Assembly: GCF_009914755.1 (NCBI RefSeq)
Contig: NC_060937.1
From: the human T2T-CHM13v2.0 reference genome, Homo sapiens
Reading direction: 5' to 3' (one strand)
Length of the DNA: 64,000 nt
The translations under genes were made by a program, and so were the position numbers. Under the pieces are notes generated by a model. The model saw only the letters and a program-made list of their open reading frames with translations, did no database searches and was not told the DNA's origin. Shown one piece after another: positions 1 to 13,585 of the stretch (the stretch's first letter is position 1; every line of letters begins with the position of its first letter).

Positions 1-972
1 GTCCAGCAGACCCACAGCAGTGCCTGCCCCGGGTGGTGCTCCCCAGACTGCCAGGCCCTGAGCGCTGTGCCTGGTGAGTGGCCATGCCTCCTGGCAGCAG
101 GCTGTCCCACCCTCCTCCTAATGGCTTGTTGCTGGCCTCCAGGAGCTTCCTCACAGTTGCAGGTGCTTGAGGGGCCGTCCACAGCCTCTGGCATCCACTC
201 CATCCTAGGAACTCTGGTGCTTGTTCCCTTGACACCCAGGTCTGCCCCATAACTCAGGGAATTCACTGGCTCCGGCTACGTTCCCCTGCCCGAGCCTCGG
301 CCTGGAAGCTCTCCGGGTAGTGAGCTGGGCACTTGCAGGGCCCCCTCGGTTGGCAGCATTTTATTTTGAAATAATTACAGATTTAGGAGAAGTTAAAATA
401 AGTAGAAAGACAGTCCAGAGGGGCCTGTGTGTCCTTCGAGTCCAGTTAATTTCTCCTTTCGCTGGCTGTGCTTGCTGTCATATCGAAGAAACTGCTATGA
501 AATCCAAGATGATGAAGATTTGCCACCACTGTGTTTTTTTCTATAAGTTTTCTAGTTTTAGCTCTTAAATGTAGGAGTGTAATCCATGTTTGGCTAATTT
601 TTGCATCTTTCATAAAGTGAGGGTCCTACTTTATTTCCCTGCATGCAGTTATCCAGTTTTCCCAGCACCATTTGGTGAAGACTCTCCTCTCCCACTGAGT
701 GATACTGACACTCTTGCTGAAAAGCATTTGATTACGGTACCTGGAGGTTTATTTCTGGGCTCTCTGTTCCATCCCATTTTCTCTATGTCTGTCTTTATCC
801 CAGTTCCCGCTGTTTTGATTACTGTCAGTTTCTAGCAGGCTTTGAAACCAGGATATGTGAGTCTTTCAACTTTGTTCTTCTGTTATAAAATGGTTTGGCT
901 ATTCTGAACCTCTTGAGATTTAATAGGAATTTTAGGATGGGCTTTTTCATTTGTGCAGAAAATGCCACTGGG

Positions 973-1270
973 GGCCAGGTACGGTGGCTCATACTTGTAA
1001 TTCCAGCACTTTGGGAGGCTGAGGCATAAGGATCACTTGAGGCCAGAAGTTTGAGACCAGCCTGGGAAACATAGCAAGACCCTGCCTCTACAAAACATAC
1101 AAAAGGAAAATCAGCCAGGGGTGGAGGCACACATCTGTGGTCCTAGCTACTAGGCAGGATGAGATGGAAGGGTCGCTTGAGCACAGAAGTTTAAAGCAGT
1201 AGTGAGCCGTGATGGCACCACTGCATGTTTCCACGGGCAACTGAGTAAGACCCTGTCTCAAAAAAAGAAA
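973..1270 (+). mobile_element. Alu (AluJ-like)
   Basis: GGCCAGGTACGGTGGCTCA..CCAGCACTTTGGGAGGCTGAGG start, dimeric body, ACCCTGTCTCAAAAAAA tail. Confidence 0.92.
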
Positions 1271-1801
1271 CGGAGGAAGGGCGGGAGGGAAGAGCCATTG
1301 GGATGTTGATAGGATTTCATTTAATCAGTAGATCACTTTGGGTAGTGTTGTCATCTTAACAATCCATGAACATGGGATATCTTTCCATTTATTTAGGTAT
1401 TTTATAATTTCTTTCAGCAAACTTTGGTATTTTTCAGCCTTGAGTCTTTTACCTCCTTGGTTAAATTTATTCATAAGTATTTTACTTTTGTTGATGCTAC
1501 TGAAGTGGAATTTTTTTTTAATTTCCTTTTCATATTGTTCATTGGTAGTGTATAGAAATGCCACTAGTTTTCGTGTGTTGACTTTGTACCCTGTGTCTTT
1601 GCTGAATTCAGTTAGTGGGGAGCACATTCTTCATGGTCTTCTGGATATAGGATCATGTCATCTGCAAATAGGCCTTAGAAAGGCATCCTTTCTAATGTGG
1701 AAACTTTCTTTTTCTCTTTATAGCCTAATCCTCTCACTTAGAGCATCTAATACTCTGTTGAATAGAAGTGGCAAAAGCAGGCATCCCTGTCTTGTTCCTG
1801 A

Positions 1802-2187
<386 letters not shown>

Positions 2188-4205
2188 TGAGGAGGTTTCT
2201 TCTCTCCCCAGTTTATTAAGTGGTTTTATCACCAAAAGGTGCTGGTTTTTTTTCAGATGCCTTTTCTGCATCAGTTGAGATGATCATGTGGGATTTATGT
2301 CATGTATTGCATTGACTTTCATATGTTGACTCACTTTTGCATTCCTGGAATAAACCCCACTTGGTCGTGGTGTATGATCCTCTATGTGCCATTGGATTCA
2401 GTTTGCTAGTATTTTGTTGAGCATATTTGCATCTATATTTCTAAGGGATATTGTTCTACAGTTTTCTTGTAGGGTATTTGTCTGGCTTTGTTTTATGTGC
2501 TGTGTCCAGGGTTTTCGTAGTACTTAGCAGGAGGAATAGAGAAAAGTATTTCTGTTCTGTGTTACCACAACAGAAAGTCCCTGATTGACTTTTAAAAGCA
2601 GCGACATATTTATTTCCAAAAGCTTCTGCTTATCACTCACAGCAACCTAAGTTCTGGGACCATTTTGGGTTATTATCCTGTAAAACCATTTTCTTGTTAT
2701 GTAATTTTTCTGGTTTCAGACTGAAGCTATATATCTTGTATGTTTTATTGCCTCTTAGGAAAAGTCAGAGAATTCATTCTGCAATTCGCATTTATGTCTC
2801 CAATCTGTAACTTGATCAACAGGTGCACAAAAGATCTAATTTCAACCACTTATTTATTCAGCAAACGTTGTTGAGTTTTGGCTGTGTGCCAGGGATTCAG
2901 TGGTGAAGTCAGACACAGTGCCCACAGCCAGAGAACCCAGTGCCTAACAATAGAGGCAAACCCGTGAGCAGAAAGCTGCAAGGTCGTGTGCTCAGCAGGA
3001 GGTGAGGCTGGGGTGGCTGAGCAGCGTCTGTTCAGTGCTACTTTCCTCTGAGACGGGTCCACTGGCTTCTCACTTATTCTTGACCAGGAGACAATATCTG
3101 GAGGATGGGAAGGAAGGAGTTCCAGAATGTTCCTGGAGAACAGGACTCAGGCACACATAGACCCTGTCTTGTGTTCTGACTTCTTCAACTCCCCCTTTCC
3201 CAACTTCTGGCTTTTGAGAGCTCAAGGGCCATGACAGCCGTTGACCCAGTGGCAATTCTGTCCACACGAGTTAAGAGGTCGGAACTAGTGATAAATATGA
3301 GCCTTCCCTGAGAGTTAGGAGACGCTTCATCTCATAGAACGGAAAACATTGTTTCAACTCTTACAAACCAGCATTCTGCCGGATTTTAAAATGGTTATTT
3401 GGGAGGATTATGGTTCTTTTACTATTATCAGTAGGGCTGGGGCTGAAGGAGCAGGGAAAACGGAAGGGGAACACCCTAGATGATCAGGTGTGAACCTCTG
3501 TGACGGTCGCGCTCAGCAGCCTTGACTGATGGAATGAAGAGGTTCATCTGTAAACCGCCCCCTGTGTGGCTGCTTCAGCCTCTGCCCCCATTCCTTGTGT
3601 CTTGCTGGTGGCGGCTGCATTCTCTCTGTATGGTAACATCCAGAATGATGATCACAGTAAGGAATTTGTGATTCTTGATTTCTTTTGTTCCTGTGCAACC
3701 AATGATTTTGATAAATAACCTGGCAGGTTTCCTTCATTGTGAAAGAACAACCTACCTTACAAACTTCCCACATAAAACATGTTTACTTTAGAAATATCAC
3801 TTGATATTACCCATAAAATTACAAATGATTATCCTTAAAAAAAAAAGGTTAAATTTAACTCTGCATTTGTCAAAATAAAGGAACAAATTTTATCTTTTGA
3901 TAGATGACTCTGATTTCTGTTACTTATTTCCAGGCTTTCTAGTCTGAAAATGCTGTAATCCATAATGATTCTTGGTATTTAATGTAGACTTAAATAATTC
4001 ACTTGTTGATGACTTACTCCTTTCAAGATTTGGTTGGATTATAATCTTTCTTTCTTTGTTTACTTAGTACTGTAAGTTTTGAAAGGGTTACAATTCTTGG
4101 GTTAGTTAGTCTAATGAGAGAAGGGATACTGGGAAGGCCGTGGAGCGTAATATTTCAGCAAGTGACACCTTGAATTCGTGCTAAACGCTGCATTGTGTTC
4201 TGCAG

Positions 4206-4387
4206 GAGGGGCTCCGAACTTTGTGTGTTGCTTATAAAAGGCTGATCCAAGAAGAATATGAAGGCATTTGTAAGCTGCTGCAGGCTGCCAAAGTGGCCCT
4301 TCAAGATCGAGAGAAAAAGTTAGCAGAAGCCTATGAGCAAATAGAGAAAGATCTTACTCTGCTTGGTGCTACAGCTGTTGAGGACCG
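4206..4387 (+). CDS. ATP11A: ATP11A coding exon (~exon 18), N/P-domain [11 protein letters not shown]...[10 protein letters not shown]
   Basis: tgcag|GAG acceptor, CG|gtaaag donor; P4-ATPase motifs GLRTL and LLGATAVED; 182 nt, phase 0->2. Confidence 0.97.
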
Positions 4388-4689
4388 GTAAAGTAAACGC
4401 ATGCATCCCGTCCTGAGAGACAAACTGGGATGCAGGCCGACGGCCCAGGGCGTGTGAGGGCGAGTGGACGGGAGGGAGGCCATCCGCACAGCCGACGGGG
4501 CGTGTTTGCTGCTCAGGGAGAGGCTAGGTGTCTTGCTACACCCTGGAGTCATGTCAGGAAGGTCATGCCTGGGGGATATTTTGTTGTCCATGAAGAAGAT
4601 GCCTGAAAGCACACTTTCCCAGGAAGTAGTGAAAATAGCTTTGTCATATCATATTATGAACAGGCAAGATAGAAGGGCTCTTACAAATT

Positions 4690-4990
4690 CTTTCTTCTTT
4701 TTTTTTAAGGGATGGCATCTTGGTGTGTTGCCCAGGCTGGAGTGCAGTGGCACCATCACAACTCACTGCAGTCTAAAACTCCTAGGCTCAAGCTGTCCTC
4801 CCTTCTCAGCCTCCTGAGTAGCTAGAACTTCAAGCACATACCACCATGCCTGGCTAATTTTTTATATTTTTTGTAGAGATAGGATCTCACTATGTTGCCC
4901 AGGCTAGTCTCAAATTCCTGGCCTCAAGCAATCCTCCCACCTCAGCCTCTGAAAGTGCTGGAATTGCAGGCATGAGCAGTCATGCCTGAC
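4690..4990 (-). mobile_element. Alu (AluJ-like)
   Basis: T-tract, then GTTGCCCAGGCTGGAGTGCAGTGG..CTCAAGCAATCCTCCCACCTCAGCCTC..GGCATGAGC. Confidence 0.92.
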
Positions 4991-6073
4991 TGTAATTACT
5001 CTTTAGAATGGAATCAACAACTAACTCTGTTCCTAAACTTGTTGCTAGTTCTTTCCAAATACTGGTATTACTTCTTAGATCATTACATACTCAATGTGTT
5101 TATCATTACTTGAAAAAACTTAATGAAGTAGAAAATTACAAAAACTAATAATCATCATAACTGGCAAAATTACCAATTACAGATTTTCAGGTACCTCTAA
5201 GGCAAGAGCTGCCAGTGTGCCCCAGCTCCACAATGGGGACTGAAAGTTGTTTGAGGCTGAGGCCACTAAGAAACAGTCGTCTGGTCCACATGGTGCCTTC
5301 CGAGCTGAGTGAAAGGCATGGATTTCAGTGGTTTGTAGGAATGGAAGAAAAAAAATGCCCCAATTGATGAGAATGAAGCAGAAACTTCAGAAAGTTCACT
5401 GGGAGTTTATCTCCTAGAAGAGGTTAAAGGCATCAAGTTTGAAAGTCTTTAAGATCCATTTCGGTCCAAAACTGAAATCCTTATCACTAACCCTGCATTT
5501 TCTGAGCGTGTTGAACAAATGTTCCTTGAGTTCTCGATCTGAATGGAGTATTAGGCGAAGTGGGAAGTTTTGGTTTGGTGGTTTTGTGTTTTGTTTTGAA
5601 GTCACTCTCCCCTGTTCAGTCCAGAGTAAGTGCACAGAGCACCGTGTAAAGAACGCGACTTGCACGTGGGAAGGCTTCAGAGCGCAGGGCCACGGCCGCC
5701 GAAAGGCTTTGCTGCTGGGGGCTGCGTCCTTGCTCTAGTGGCCAGTCACTCACCTGCTGTCTGTCCAGGAGAAGAGGGGTGTCCGTAGGATGGTGTTTGC
5801 CTGGGGAGCAGCTGGGTCGATCTTTAGAGGCCTTGGTGGAGGAGCGTGGGGATGCCTCCGGCAGAGCAGATGGGACAGAGCCCCTGGGGCGGGGGGCAGG
5901 TTGACTTGACTGGAATGGGAATGTAGAAGAGTGGAGAGTTAATGCCTGGTTGGCGGGGGGGGATCTCAGTGGCTTTTTCGTGATGATACTTGCTTATAAA
6001 TTATTTCCTTATAATCTCCAGTCAGCAAGTGCGAAACATCTCTGAGCCTCAGCTTCCTTTTGAATCGAATTGT

Positions 6074-6380
6074 AGGGCCAGGCCCGGTGGAGCACGCTTG
6101 TAAACAGGGCCAGGCCCGGTGGAGCACGCTTGTAATCCTCGCAATTTGGGAGGCTGATGCAGGAGGATTGATTAAGGCCAGGAGTTTGAGCCCAGCCTGG
6201 GCAATATAGTGAGATCCCATCTCTTGAATTTTTTTTTAATTAGTCAAGCATGGTAGCAGGCACCTGTTGTCCTAGCTACTTGGGAGGCTGAGGAGGGAGG
6301 ATCGCTTGAGCCCAGGAGTTGGAGGCTGCGGTGAGCTGAGATCATACCACTGTACCCTAGCCTGGGCAACATAAGGCGTT
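6074..6380 (+). mobile_element. Alu (AluJ-like) with 32-bp tandem duplication of its 5' end
   Basis: AGGGCCAGGCCCGGTGGAGCACGCTTGTAA occurs at 6074 and 6106; Alu body follows. Confidence 0.88.
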
Positions 6381-6493
6381 CTCTCGTTCTCTTGCTCGCT
6401 CTCTTTCTCTCTCTCTCTATATATATATATGCACACACACATATGTACATACACACACACACACATATATATATACACATACATACACACACA
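6381..6493. repeat. Compound microsatellite (CT)n(AT)n(CA)n at the Alu tail
   Basis: ctctctctat atatatatat gcacacacac ... runs seen directly. Confidence 0.9.
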
Positions 6494-7447
6494 TAAAATT
6501 ACAGGCTTTTTTTTCATCTATAGAATACTATGATTGTCTGATCTTGAGACTTTTAGCTAGGAAGTTCTTCCCAAAACCTAACCAGATCCTTCCAGTTAGA
6601 ATTTAAATCCATTCCTTTCATACTTTCTAGAAGCATGGCACGTTACTTCACACGAAAGTAGTCTGAAACTTAGAAAAAATGGAGGCCCCAAAGTGAGGCA
6701 GACATGGTTTGACCCCAGATCTCCCAAGGAGAGGGCAGTGGTCTGACTGCTGTCGGAAGAGCCGCTTACCCCCGACACCTTCTGCAGCGTCTGCAGGCTT
6801 TGGGTTTTCCATATGTAAATAGGTGTGGTGCTAGCGTCCTTACTCGTGACATCATGGTAAGCATGAAAGATTGCACATAGGAAGTGTCACACAGGCCTGG
6901 CATGTGGCAAGCCCATGGCACCTGTTGGCCATAGAATCACTAGTGTTATTCTCAGTATTTTATATTATTTAGAGGTACCTGGACCCCAAGTGGGTTCTAA
7001 GTGACAAACTTCGAACAGTTTATACAAAACAAAAGACAATCAATATTCCTGACCACCTTGAGTCCAGATCCCATCTTTCCATGGTTGAGACATTTTTGGT
7101 GGTGGTTATAATTTCCTGAAACCCTCCCCAGGTAGTGAGTCCCACCTACACACAAAACCGCCAGGCTTGTCAGACGTCAGTGACACAAGACAGCCCTTTA
7201 CTTCTCACATGTTTGATCCATGTTTATCTCTCTGCTGTTAGGAAGTGTTTCGCTGTGAAACACTAGTTCAGACCTTCAGAAGCTGCTTCAGTACTTCGTG
7301 GTGAGATCATGAGCCACAGTGTGGAGTGTTTTGATTTTGAGGGGCTACGATATTTTGACAGCTTTGCAAGTTTCTGCAGTTCCTTATTTGGATTCCTGGG
7401 TCAGCACTGACTTTTCTCTATGCTGTGTTTGGTTTTGCCTCCCTCAG

Positions 7448-7699
7448 GCTGCAGGAGAAAGCTGCAGACACCATCGAGGCCCTGCAGAAGGCCGGGATCA
7501 AAGTCTGGGTTCTCACGGGAGACAAGATGGAGACGGCCGCGGCCACGTGCTACGCCTGCAAGCTCTTCCGCAGGAACACGCAGCTGCTGGAGCTGACCAC
7601 CAAGAGGATCGAGGAGCAGAGCCTGCACGACGTCCTGTTCGAGCTGAGCAAGACGGTCCTGCGCCACAGCGGGAGCCTGACCAGAGACAACCTCTCCGG
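7448..7699 (+). CDS. ATP11A: ATP11A coding exon (~exon 19), [30 protein letters not shown]...
   Basis: ccctcag|G acceptor, GG|gtaggc donor; P-type ATPase TGDK motif; 252 nt, phase 2->2. Confidence 0.97.
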
Positions 7700-8361
7700 G
7701 TAGGCAGCGCGTCCCCGCCCCCACCCCCACACTCCCGCAAAAGGGGCTTCAGACCCAGTGGCCTTCACCTGCAAGTCGGGGAGCCGCATTGTCTCTACTG
7801 GGAATTCGGTTCTCCCCTGGGGCATTAATGCCAGCTTCTTAGGGGTCAGGTGAACACTGGGAACAAAACGGGCTGTTTTTTCCAGCAATTGTGATGTGTC
7901 TTTTTCACATATGTGTGTGTATGTGTGTATGTTCAGTTTCACACTGCCGGCTAACAGATGCAAAAAGACATGATGGATAAAATATTTTGAGTGGGATAAT
8001 TCTCATCTGTTTCTGAGACTTAGGGGCTCTGCTTCAGGCACCTTCAAGCATCTGCTGGAGGAAGTGGAGATATTAATAATGCATGGTTGTTCGTCTAAGA
8101 CGAAGCAGTACATGCCCAAGAGTTGTTTTTTTCCCAAGAATATTCAGTAGTTTATTCAGATACATTTTATCGATGCTGTCCTTACTGGTGTTAGATGCAT
8201 TATCTGAGATTACATGTTATTTGAATCATTTCAGTTTCATTCATGTACATAAAGCGAAAGCAGCTCTCTAATTTACACAAATGTTAAGTTATTCATAAAT
8301 AGCACAGATAATTCCCTCTACCTGATCTGCAATCTGCAGAACTCCTTTTAGGGATTGGAGG

Positions 8362-8646
8362 GTTTTTTTTGTTGTTTTTTGTTTTTTGTTTTTGAGATGG
8401 AGCCTCAATCTGTCGCCCAGGCTGGAGTGCAGTGATCTTGGCTCACTGTGACCTCCGCCTCCCAGGTTCAAACAATTCTCCTGCCTCAGCTTCCCAAGTA
8501 GCTGGGATTAAAAGCGCTCACCTTTTAATAGAGACAGGGTTTCACCATGTTGGCCAGGCTGGTTTTGAACTCCTGACCTCAGGTGATCCACCCGCCTTGG
8601 CCTCCCAAAGTGCTGGGATTACAGGTGTGAGCCACCGCATCCAGCC
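8362..8646 (-). mobile_element. Alu (AluS-like) with small internal deletion at the linker
   Basis: T/G tail, GAGATGGAG..CCCAGGCTGGAGTGCAGTG; middle linker shortened; CCCAAAGTGCTGGGATTACAGGTGTGAGCCACCG. Confidence 0.92.
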
Positions 8647-9079
8647 TTCTTGTCATTTTGAAACCCAGCAAAGAGGAGATTATGACCATGTTCTTTCCAA
8701 CTTAGGTCATCCAGGCAGAAACCCAAGGACTTAGCTGTAAAGACTGTGACCAAGAAGGTTGAGAGTAAAGACCAACCAAGATCTTAGACCACAAGATGAA
8801 CGCCTTCCTGTTGTTTCAAAAGTACAGGGACTTAACGAGTCCACAAAGAGAGTCTGCACTTGCTTTACCTAAAATAGGAATGTTTCATAAAATACACTCT
8901 TAAATGTCGACAAAAGGTGTTATGTTCAATACTATAAAAATTGTATTGGTAAAACAAGAAACACTAGTTTCTTAATCCCATGGATTTGTAGCATCTGTCG
9001 ATATCCAAAAACAATACAGTCTTCTAAAATCTATAGATTTAGTGATTGAGCAATCTTTCTGACTCACGTACTCTAACAG

Positions 9080-9254
9080 ACTTTCAGCAGATATGCAGGA
9101 CTACGGTTTAATTATCGACGGAGCTGCACTGTCTCTGATAATGAAGCCTCGAGAAGACGGGAGTTCCGGCAACTACAGGGAGCTCTTCCTGGAAATCTGC
9201 CGGAGCTGCAGCGCGGTGCTCTGCTGCCGCATGGCGCCCTTGCAGAAGGCTCAG
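9080..9254 (+). CDS. ATP11A: ATP11A coding exon (~exon 20), [14 protein letters not shown]...[14 protein letters not shown]
   Basis: ctaacag|A acceptor, CAG|gtgctg donor; P4-ATPase CCRxxPxQKA motif; 175 nt, phase 2->0. Confidence 0.96.
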
Positions 9255-10988
9255 GTGCTGCCCGCCCGTCCTCGATAGCTGGTGGTCAGGGCGTCCAAAA
9301 CACTGAAAACCTTCCGTTAGGTCTCACCGCCTCAGATTGTTAAACAATCTAGCAGGGTACCACCTGTTAAAAATAGAAGCAACCGTGATAGAGATTTAAA
9401 ACGCAGATCTTGTTTTGCTTGTCGGGCCAGCTTCTGTGATTAGTGGGTGATGACCAGTCAGATGTATGACCCTTCCAGATGCAGTGGCCAGGACAGCTGC
9501 CCTGGCTGACTTCTGTTAAAAAAAAAAAAAAAAAGCTATCTCAATCACTCCTGAGAATCTACACTAAAGGTGTAAGGGAAGGGAGCTGACATTACTGAGC
9601 ACCTAGTGTGTGCCTCCTACAGATACGAATGCATTTAGTCTCAAAATAACCCTCTCAGACAAATGAGGGCACCAGCTTTACAAATGGGAATAATTTGCCG
9701 AAAAGGCTGCAGATGGGAAATGCCACGAGGATTCAACTTGTCTTGTCCATCAAACTCCAAACGTCTCACGCGGCCATGTTCTTGTGGGAAACGCACACCT
9801 GAAGTTTTTTCTTTAAATAGTTTTGAAAGCACTATGGAATGTATGTGTAAACATGGATGTCTTTCTGGTATCAGGAAGCCTAGAAAAGTTCTGACTTTGT
9901 TATACCACATTTTAGATATGATAGGCCAATTTCTCTTGAACTGTTCATGAATAAATCCATCATTGGTCAGAGCAAACCAGTGGTTAAGGTAAAATGCGTC
10001 TCACACAAACTCTGGAAACCAAGGAGGTGAAAAGTTGAGCCTTTGTGCATGTGGGTGCACTAATCTGTCAATTTCACTAAAAACACAGAACCAGGGTCCT
10101 CAGAATGACGAGCCTAGAGCATTCACAGACCTTCCATGTGAGGAAGACGGTTTGATGTCCTCCTCTCCCTCACATGCGTAACTGCACATAAACCTTACAG
10201 AATTACTTCCCAAATGGAACAGCAACTAAGGATTTGCCATTCGCTCTTCATGTATTCCATAGTACTTTTTTAAGTTCTCAACTGGCTTTTGAAACATTTC
10301 ATACAAATTAACTTGTGTTTCAGTTTCCTATCTTGAAACAAGAAGGCACCCACGTTTCCCCCCATCTCTTCATTCTTACAGCTTGAACTGTTACATTTAG
10401 GCACATAGATGGGGGGGAAAAGATTATAAAGAAATTGACTAAAAACTTGGAAATTATTTTTACATAAAATTGTCATATTTGATTTTGCACGTTACAAATT
10501 TGAAAATTAAAATAGCATTAGGAATAGTTTATGTTTAGAAATAGATGCTTTATACCAAATAGCTTGAAGTACCTTGGAATAGTGATCTTACAGAATGCAG
10601 GGTTCACATTTGCCCCTGTATATTTAAATATATTTTCCCAGGATTTACACACTTTTCCATATATTTAAGTAGAGGAATATAACAATAACTACAAGCTACT
10701 TCATATATCTCACATCTCTACTGCCAAAGTTTGTCTACCAGCCTTTTCCAGCTCACGTCATTTTAATCATACCTCATTTCTTTTACTTTATTTTGTTTTG
10801 CTTTCAATATGAAAAAGGTTTTATCCTATATGGAGAAAACAGACAGAATGTCGTAAATTAGCTCTAAGTAGTTAATTTTTTTATTTGCCTAGGCTAACTT
10901 TTCATCTTTGTTATTTCTGCCTAGTGAATGAATAACCTGTTCAGAAGTGAAACAGAGAAGATAAATTCCGCATTTCTTTCTTTTGCAG

Positions 10989-11091
10989 ATTGTTAAATTA
11001 ATCAAATTTTCAAAAGAGCACCCAATCACGTTAGCAATTGGCGATGGTGCAAATGATGTCAGCATGATTCTGGAAGCGCACGTGGGCATAG
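10989..11091 (+). CDS. ATP11A: ATP11A coding exon (~exon 21), [34 protein letters not shown]
   Basis: ttttgcag|ATT acceptor, G|gtgagc donor; hinge motif GDGAND; 103 nt, phase 0->1. Confidence 0.98.
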
Positions 11092-11315
11092 GTGAGCTTC
11101 GTCCTTGCTGCTGGCACATCCTGGTGGCCAGGTCACCCCTTCGCTAGACAAAGGCCCATGGCAGCACGCAGGTGCATTCAGGACACCCCCGTCACCACCC
11201 TCGTGTGTGACCGGGAAGGCTCATGATGATGGTTTCATCCGTTCTTCTCCCCGTCCCTGCCCTGTGTGTGGTGTGCAGAAAGCATTTCTTCAGCTCCTTC
11301 ACCTCCGTCTTCTAG

Positions 11316-11461
11316 GTGTCATCGGCAAGGAAGGCCGCCAGGCTGCCAGGAACAGCGACTATGCAATCCCAAAGTTTAAGCATTTGAAGAAGATGCTGCT
11401 TGTTCACGGGCATTTTTATTACATTAGGATCTCTGAGCTCGTGCAGTACTTCTTCTATAAG
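11316..11461 (+). CDS. ATP11A: ATP11A coding exon (~exon 22), [18 protein letters not shown]...QYFFYK
   Basis: tctag|GT acceptor, AAG|gtagga donor; GxEGxQA and LLVHG motifs; 146 nt, phase 1->0. Confidence 0.97.
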
Positions 11462-11619
11462 GTAGGAGGGTCGCCGCTCCCCCTCACGGTGTTAGCAACA
11501 GGTCACGCACAGGGTGGCACGACCCTTGTCTGAGCCACTTGATGCCACAAGAGGTCATTGATCTCCGAGGAGCAGCAACTGTCAGAAAGGAAGGGGTGAA
11601 TCTGATTGCAGTCATCTCT

Positions 11620-12162
11620 TGCTTAGCTGTGACTTTGCTTTTTACAGTTTCCATTACCTACAGTCAACCCATGCCCAAAAATATCAAACGCAAAATTGCA
11701 GAAATAAACAGTTCCTCAGGTTTAAATTGCATGCCATTCCGAGCAGCGTGATGAAGTCTCACGCCGTCCTGCTGTCTCCTTCCTGGGATGTGGCTTGTCC
11801 CTTTGTCCGGTGTGCCGATGCTGTGTGTACACTACCTGCCCCTCAGTCACTCTGTAGCTGTCTTGGTGATGAGGTTGACAGATCACAAGAAGAAGGGTGA
11901 ATATGACACAATAATATATTTTAAGAGGAGGAGGGAGAGACCAAATTCATGTAACTTTGATTACGGTATATTATTATAGTTATTCTATGTTTTGTTGTTA
12001 CTCTTTCACTGCACCTACTTTATAAATTAAACTTTATCATGGGTGTGTATGTATACGAACACACATACCCATCTAGAGCATAGACAGGGTTCAGGACCAT
12101 CCGCAGACTCTGCATCCCCGCAGGGTCTGGGAATGTACCCCTGAGGATGAGGAGGGCCTGCC
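11620..12162. mobile_element. MER44/Tigger-type DNA transposon relic
   Basis: AAAATTGCAGAAATAAACA..TTTAAATTGCATGCC..GTGATGAAGTCTCACGCCGTCC and terminal GGTTCAGGACCATCCGC..CATCCCCGCAGGGTCTGGGAATGTACCCC resemble the MER44 consensus (from memory). Confidence 0.65.
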
Positions 12163-12563
12163 ATGCCGCGGGAGGAGACCCCCAGCCCTTTTCTCCCCCC
12201 ACAGAATTGAGTGTGGAACCAGTGAGAACCTTTCAGGTGGAAATGTTTGAGGAAGGATTCCTTATTCACTGTGCAGTTCGATTCTTTCCCGTTTATACTG
12301 ATACCTGCATTGCCTTCTTGTTTCTCTTGGAGCTGACAAATTTCCTCTATACGTTGTCTGTCCTGAGTGGCCAAAACGTGGTCACATGTGCATTTCAGTT
12401 GCCCCTGAAATAAGAGAAAGCTTTCTAGAACCCATTAGTGCTGTTCTGCCGCACGCTGGGTGCACGTGGATCCCTCCTCCCATGTGGGGTGGGCCACGTC
12501 GGTAGGTGGCGGCTGCCTCCCTCTGTCCCGTCACCGAACTAACAGTTATGCCTTGCCTTTCAG

Positions 12564-12623
12564 AACGTCTGCTTCATCTTCCCTCAGTTTTTATACCAGT
12601 TCTTCTGTGGGTTTTCACAACAG
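12564..12623 (+). CDS. ATP11A: ATP11A coding exon (~exon 23), [20 protein letters not shown] (TM5)
   Basis: tttcag|AAC acceptor, CAG|gtcagt donor; 60 nt, phase 0->0. Confidence 0.96.
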
Positions 12624-13457
12624 GTCAGTCCTAGGGTCTTCAGGGACAGGCTGTCTGAGCCTTCTTTTCCTTCCCGCAGTGGGTGGCTGCTGTGGGGAGG
12701 GGAGACTTGGGAATGAGCAGCACTCCCCGGCACCACGAGGGAGCCAGGGTGCCCAGCAGCAGGCGGGGGTGAAGGGTCGGGCCTGGGGAGGGGGGCCACG
12801 GAGCTGAGGAGTTGCCGTCCTGGAGGCCCCTTGTTCCATGTCTTCTGAAACTGCCGTGGCCCTGAGATGCGGGCCAGTGATGATGTGGTCTCCTCAGGGC
12901 CCAGCAGTGCTGGGCTGGGCATCCTGATGCCACTGCAAGAATTAACTCCAACTCGAGGTCCTTGTGGACATGGGCCACCCCGGTGCCTGGCACGTTAACA
13001 CATGCAACGTGCCCATAGGGGAAGAAGACAGTTCCCATCCGGGAGGGGTGAAGGACTCCCCGGGCATCTGCCCTAGATGGACACCTCCTTCTGTCACATG
13101 TGTGCTCAGTGGTTGGCGGGCCAGCTGCCTTCATGGGAAGTGACTGCGACCAGAGTCACTGAAGCTTGAAGATGGCAATCAGAATTGCAAATGTTTTCTG
13201 TGACTTTTTTCCTTTTTTTTTTTTTTCTTGAAGTTTGTGCTGATAGAATGGGATGAGTCAGTGTTAGGCTTTTTGCCAGCTGTGACTTTCATCCTGAAAT
13301 CACAGTTGATATCACAGACCCTAGTTTATATTGTTAAGCTTTGAAAAGCGCTCTGGTCTTTCTATGCATTTCAGAAAGAAAATATATTTAATCAAAAGAT
13401 CCAAAAAGTTTGTAACAATGCACTGAGGTGCCACTTCTTGTGACTTTCCTCTTACAG

Positions 13458-13585
13458 ACTTTGTACGACACCGCGTATCTGACCCTCTACAACATCAGCT
13501 TCACCTCCCTCCCCATCCTCCTGTACAGCCTCATGGAGCAGCATGTTGGCATTGACGTGCTCAAGAGAGACCCGACCCTGTACAG
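13458..13585 (+). CDS. ATP11A: ATP11A coding exon (~exon 24), [28 protein letters not shown]...PTLYR (TM6)
   Basis: cttacag|ACT acceptor, AG|gtacca donor; FTSLP motif; 128 nt, phase 0->2. Confidence 0.97.

Noticed and set aside
9081-9090. Alternative acceptors CAG (9087) and CAG (9090)
   Set aside because: Both shift the frame (8 and 11 nt); the 9079 AG restores the expected protein
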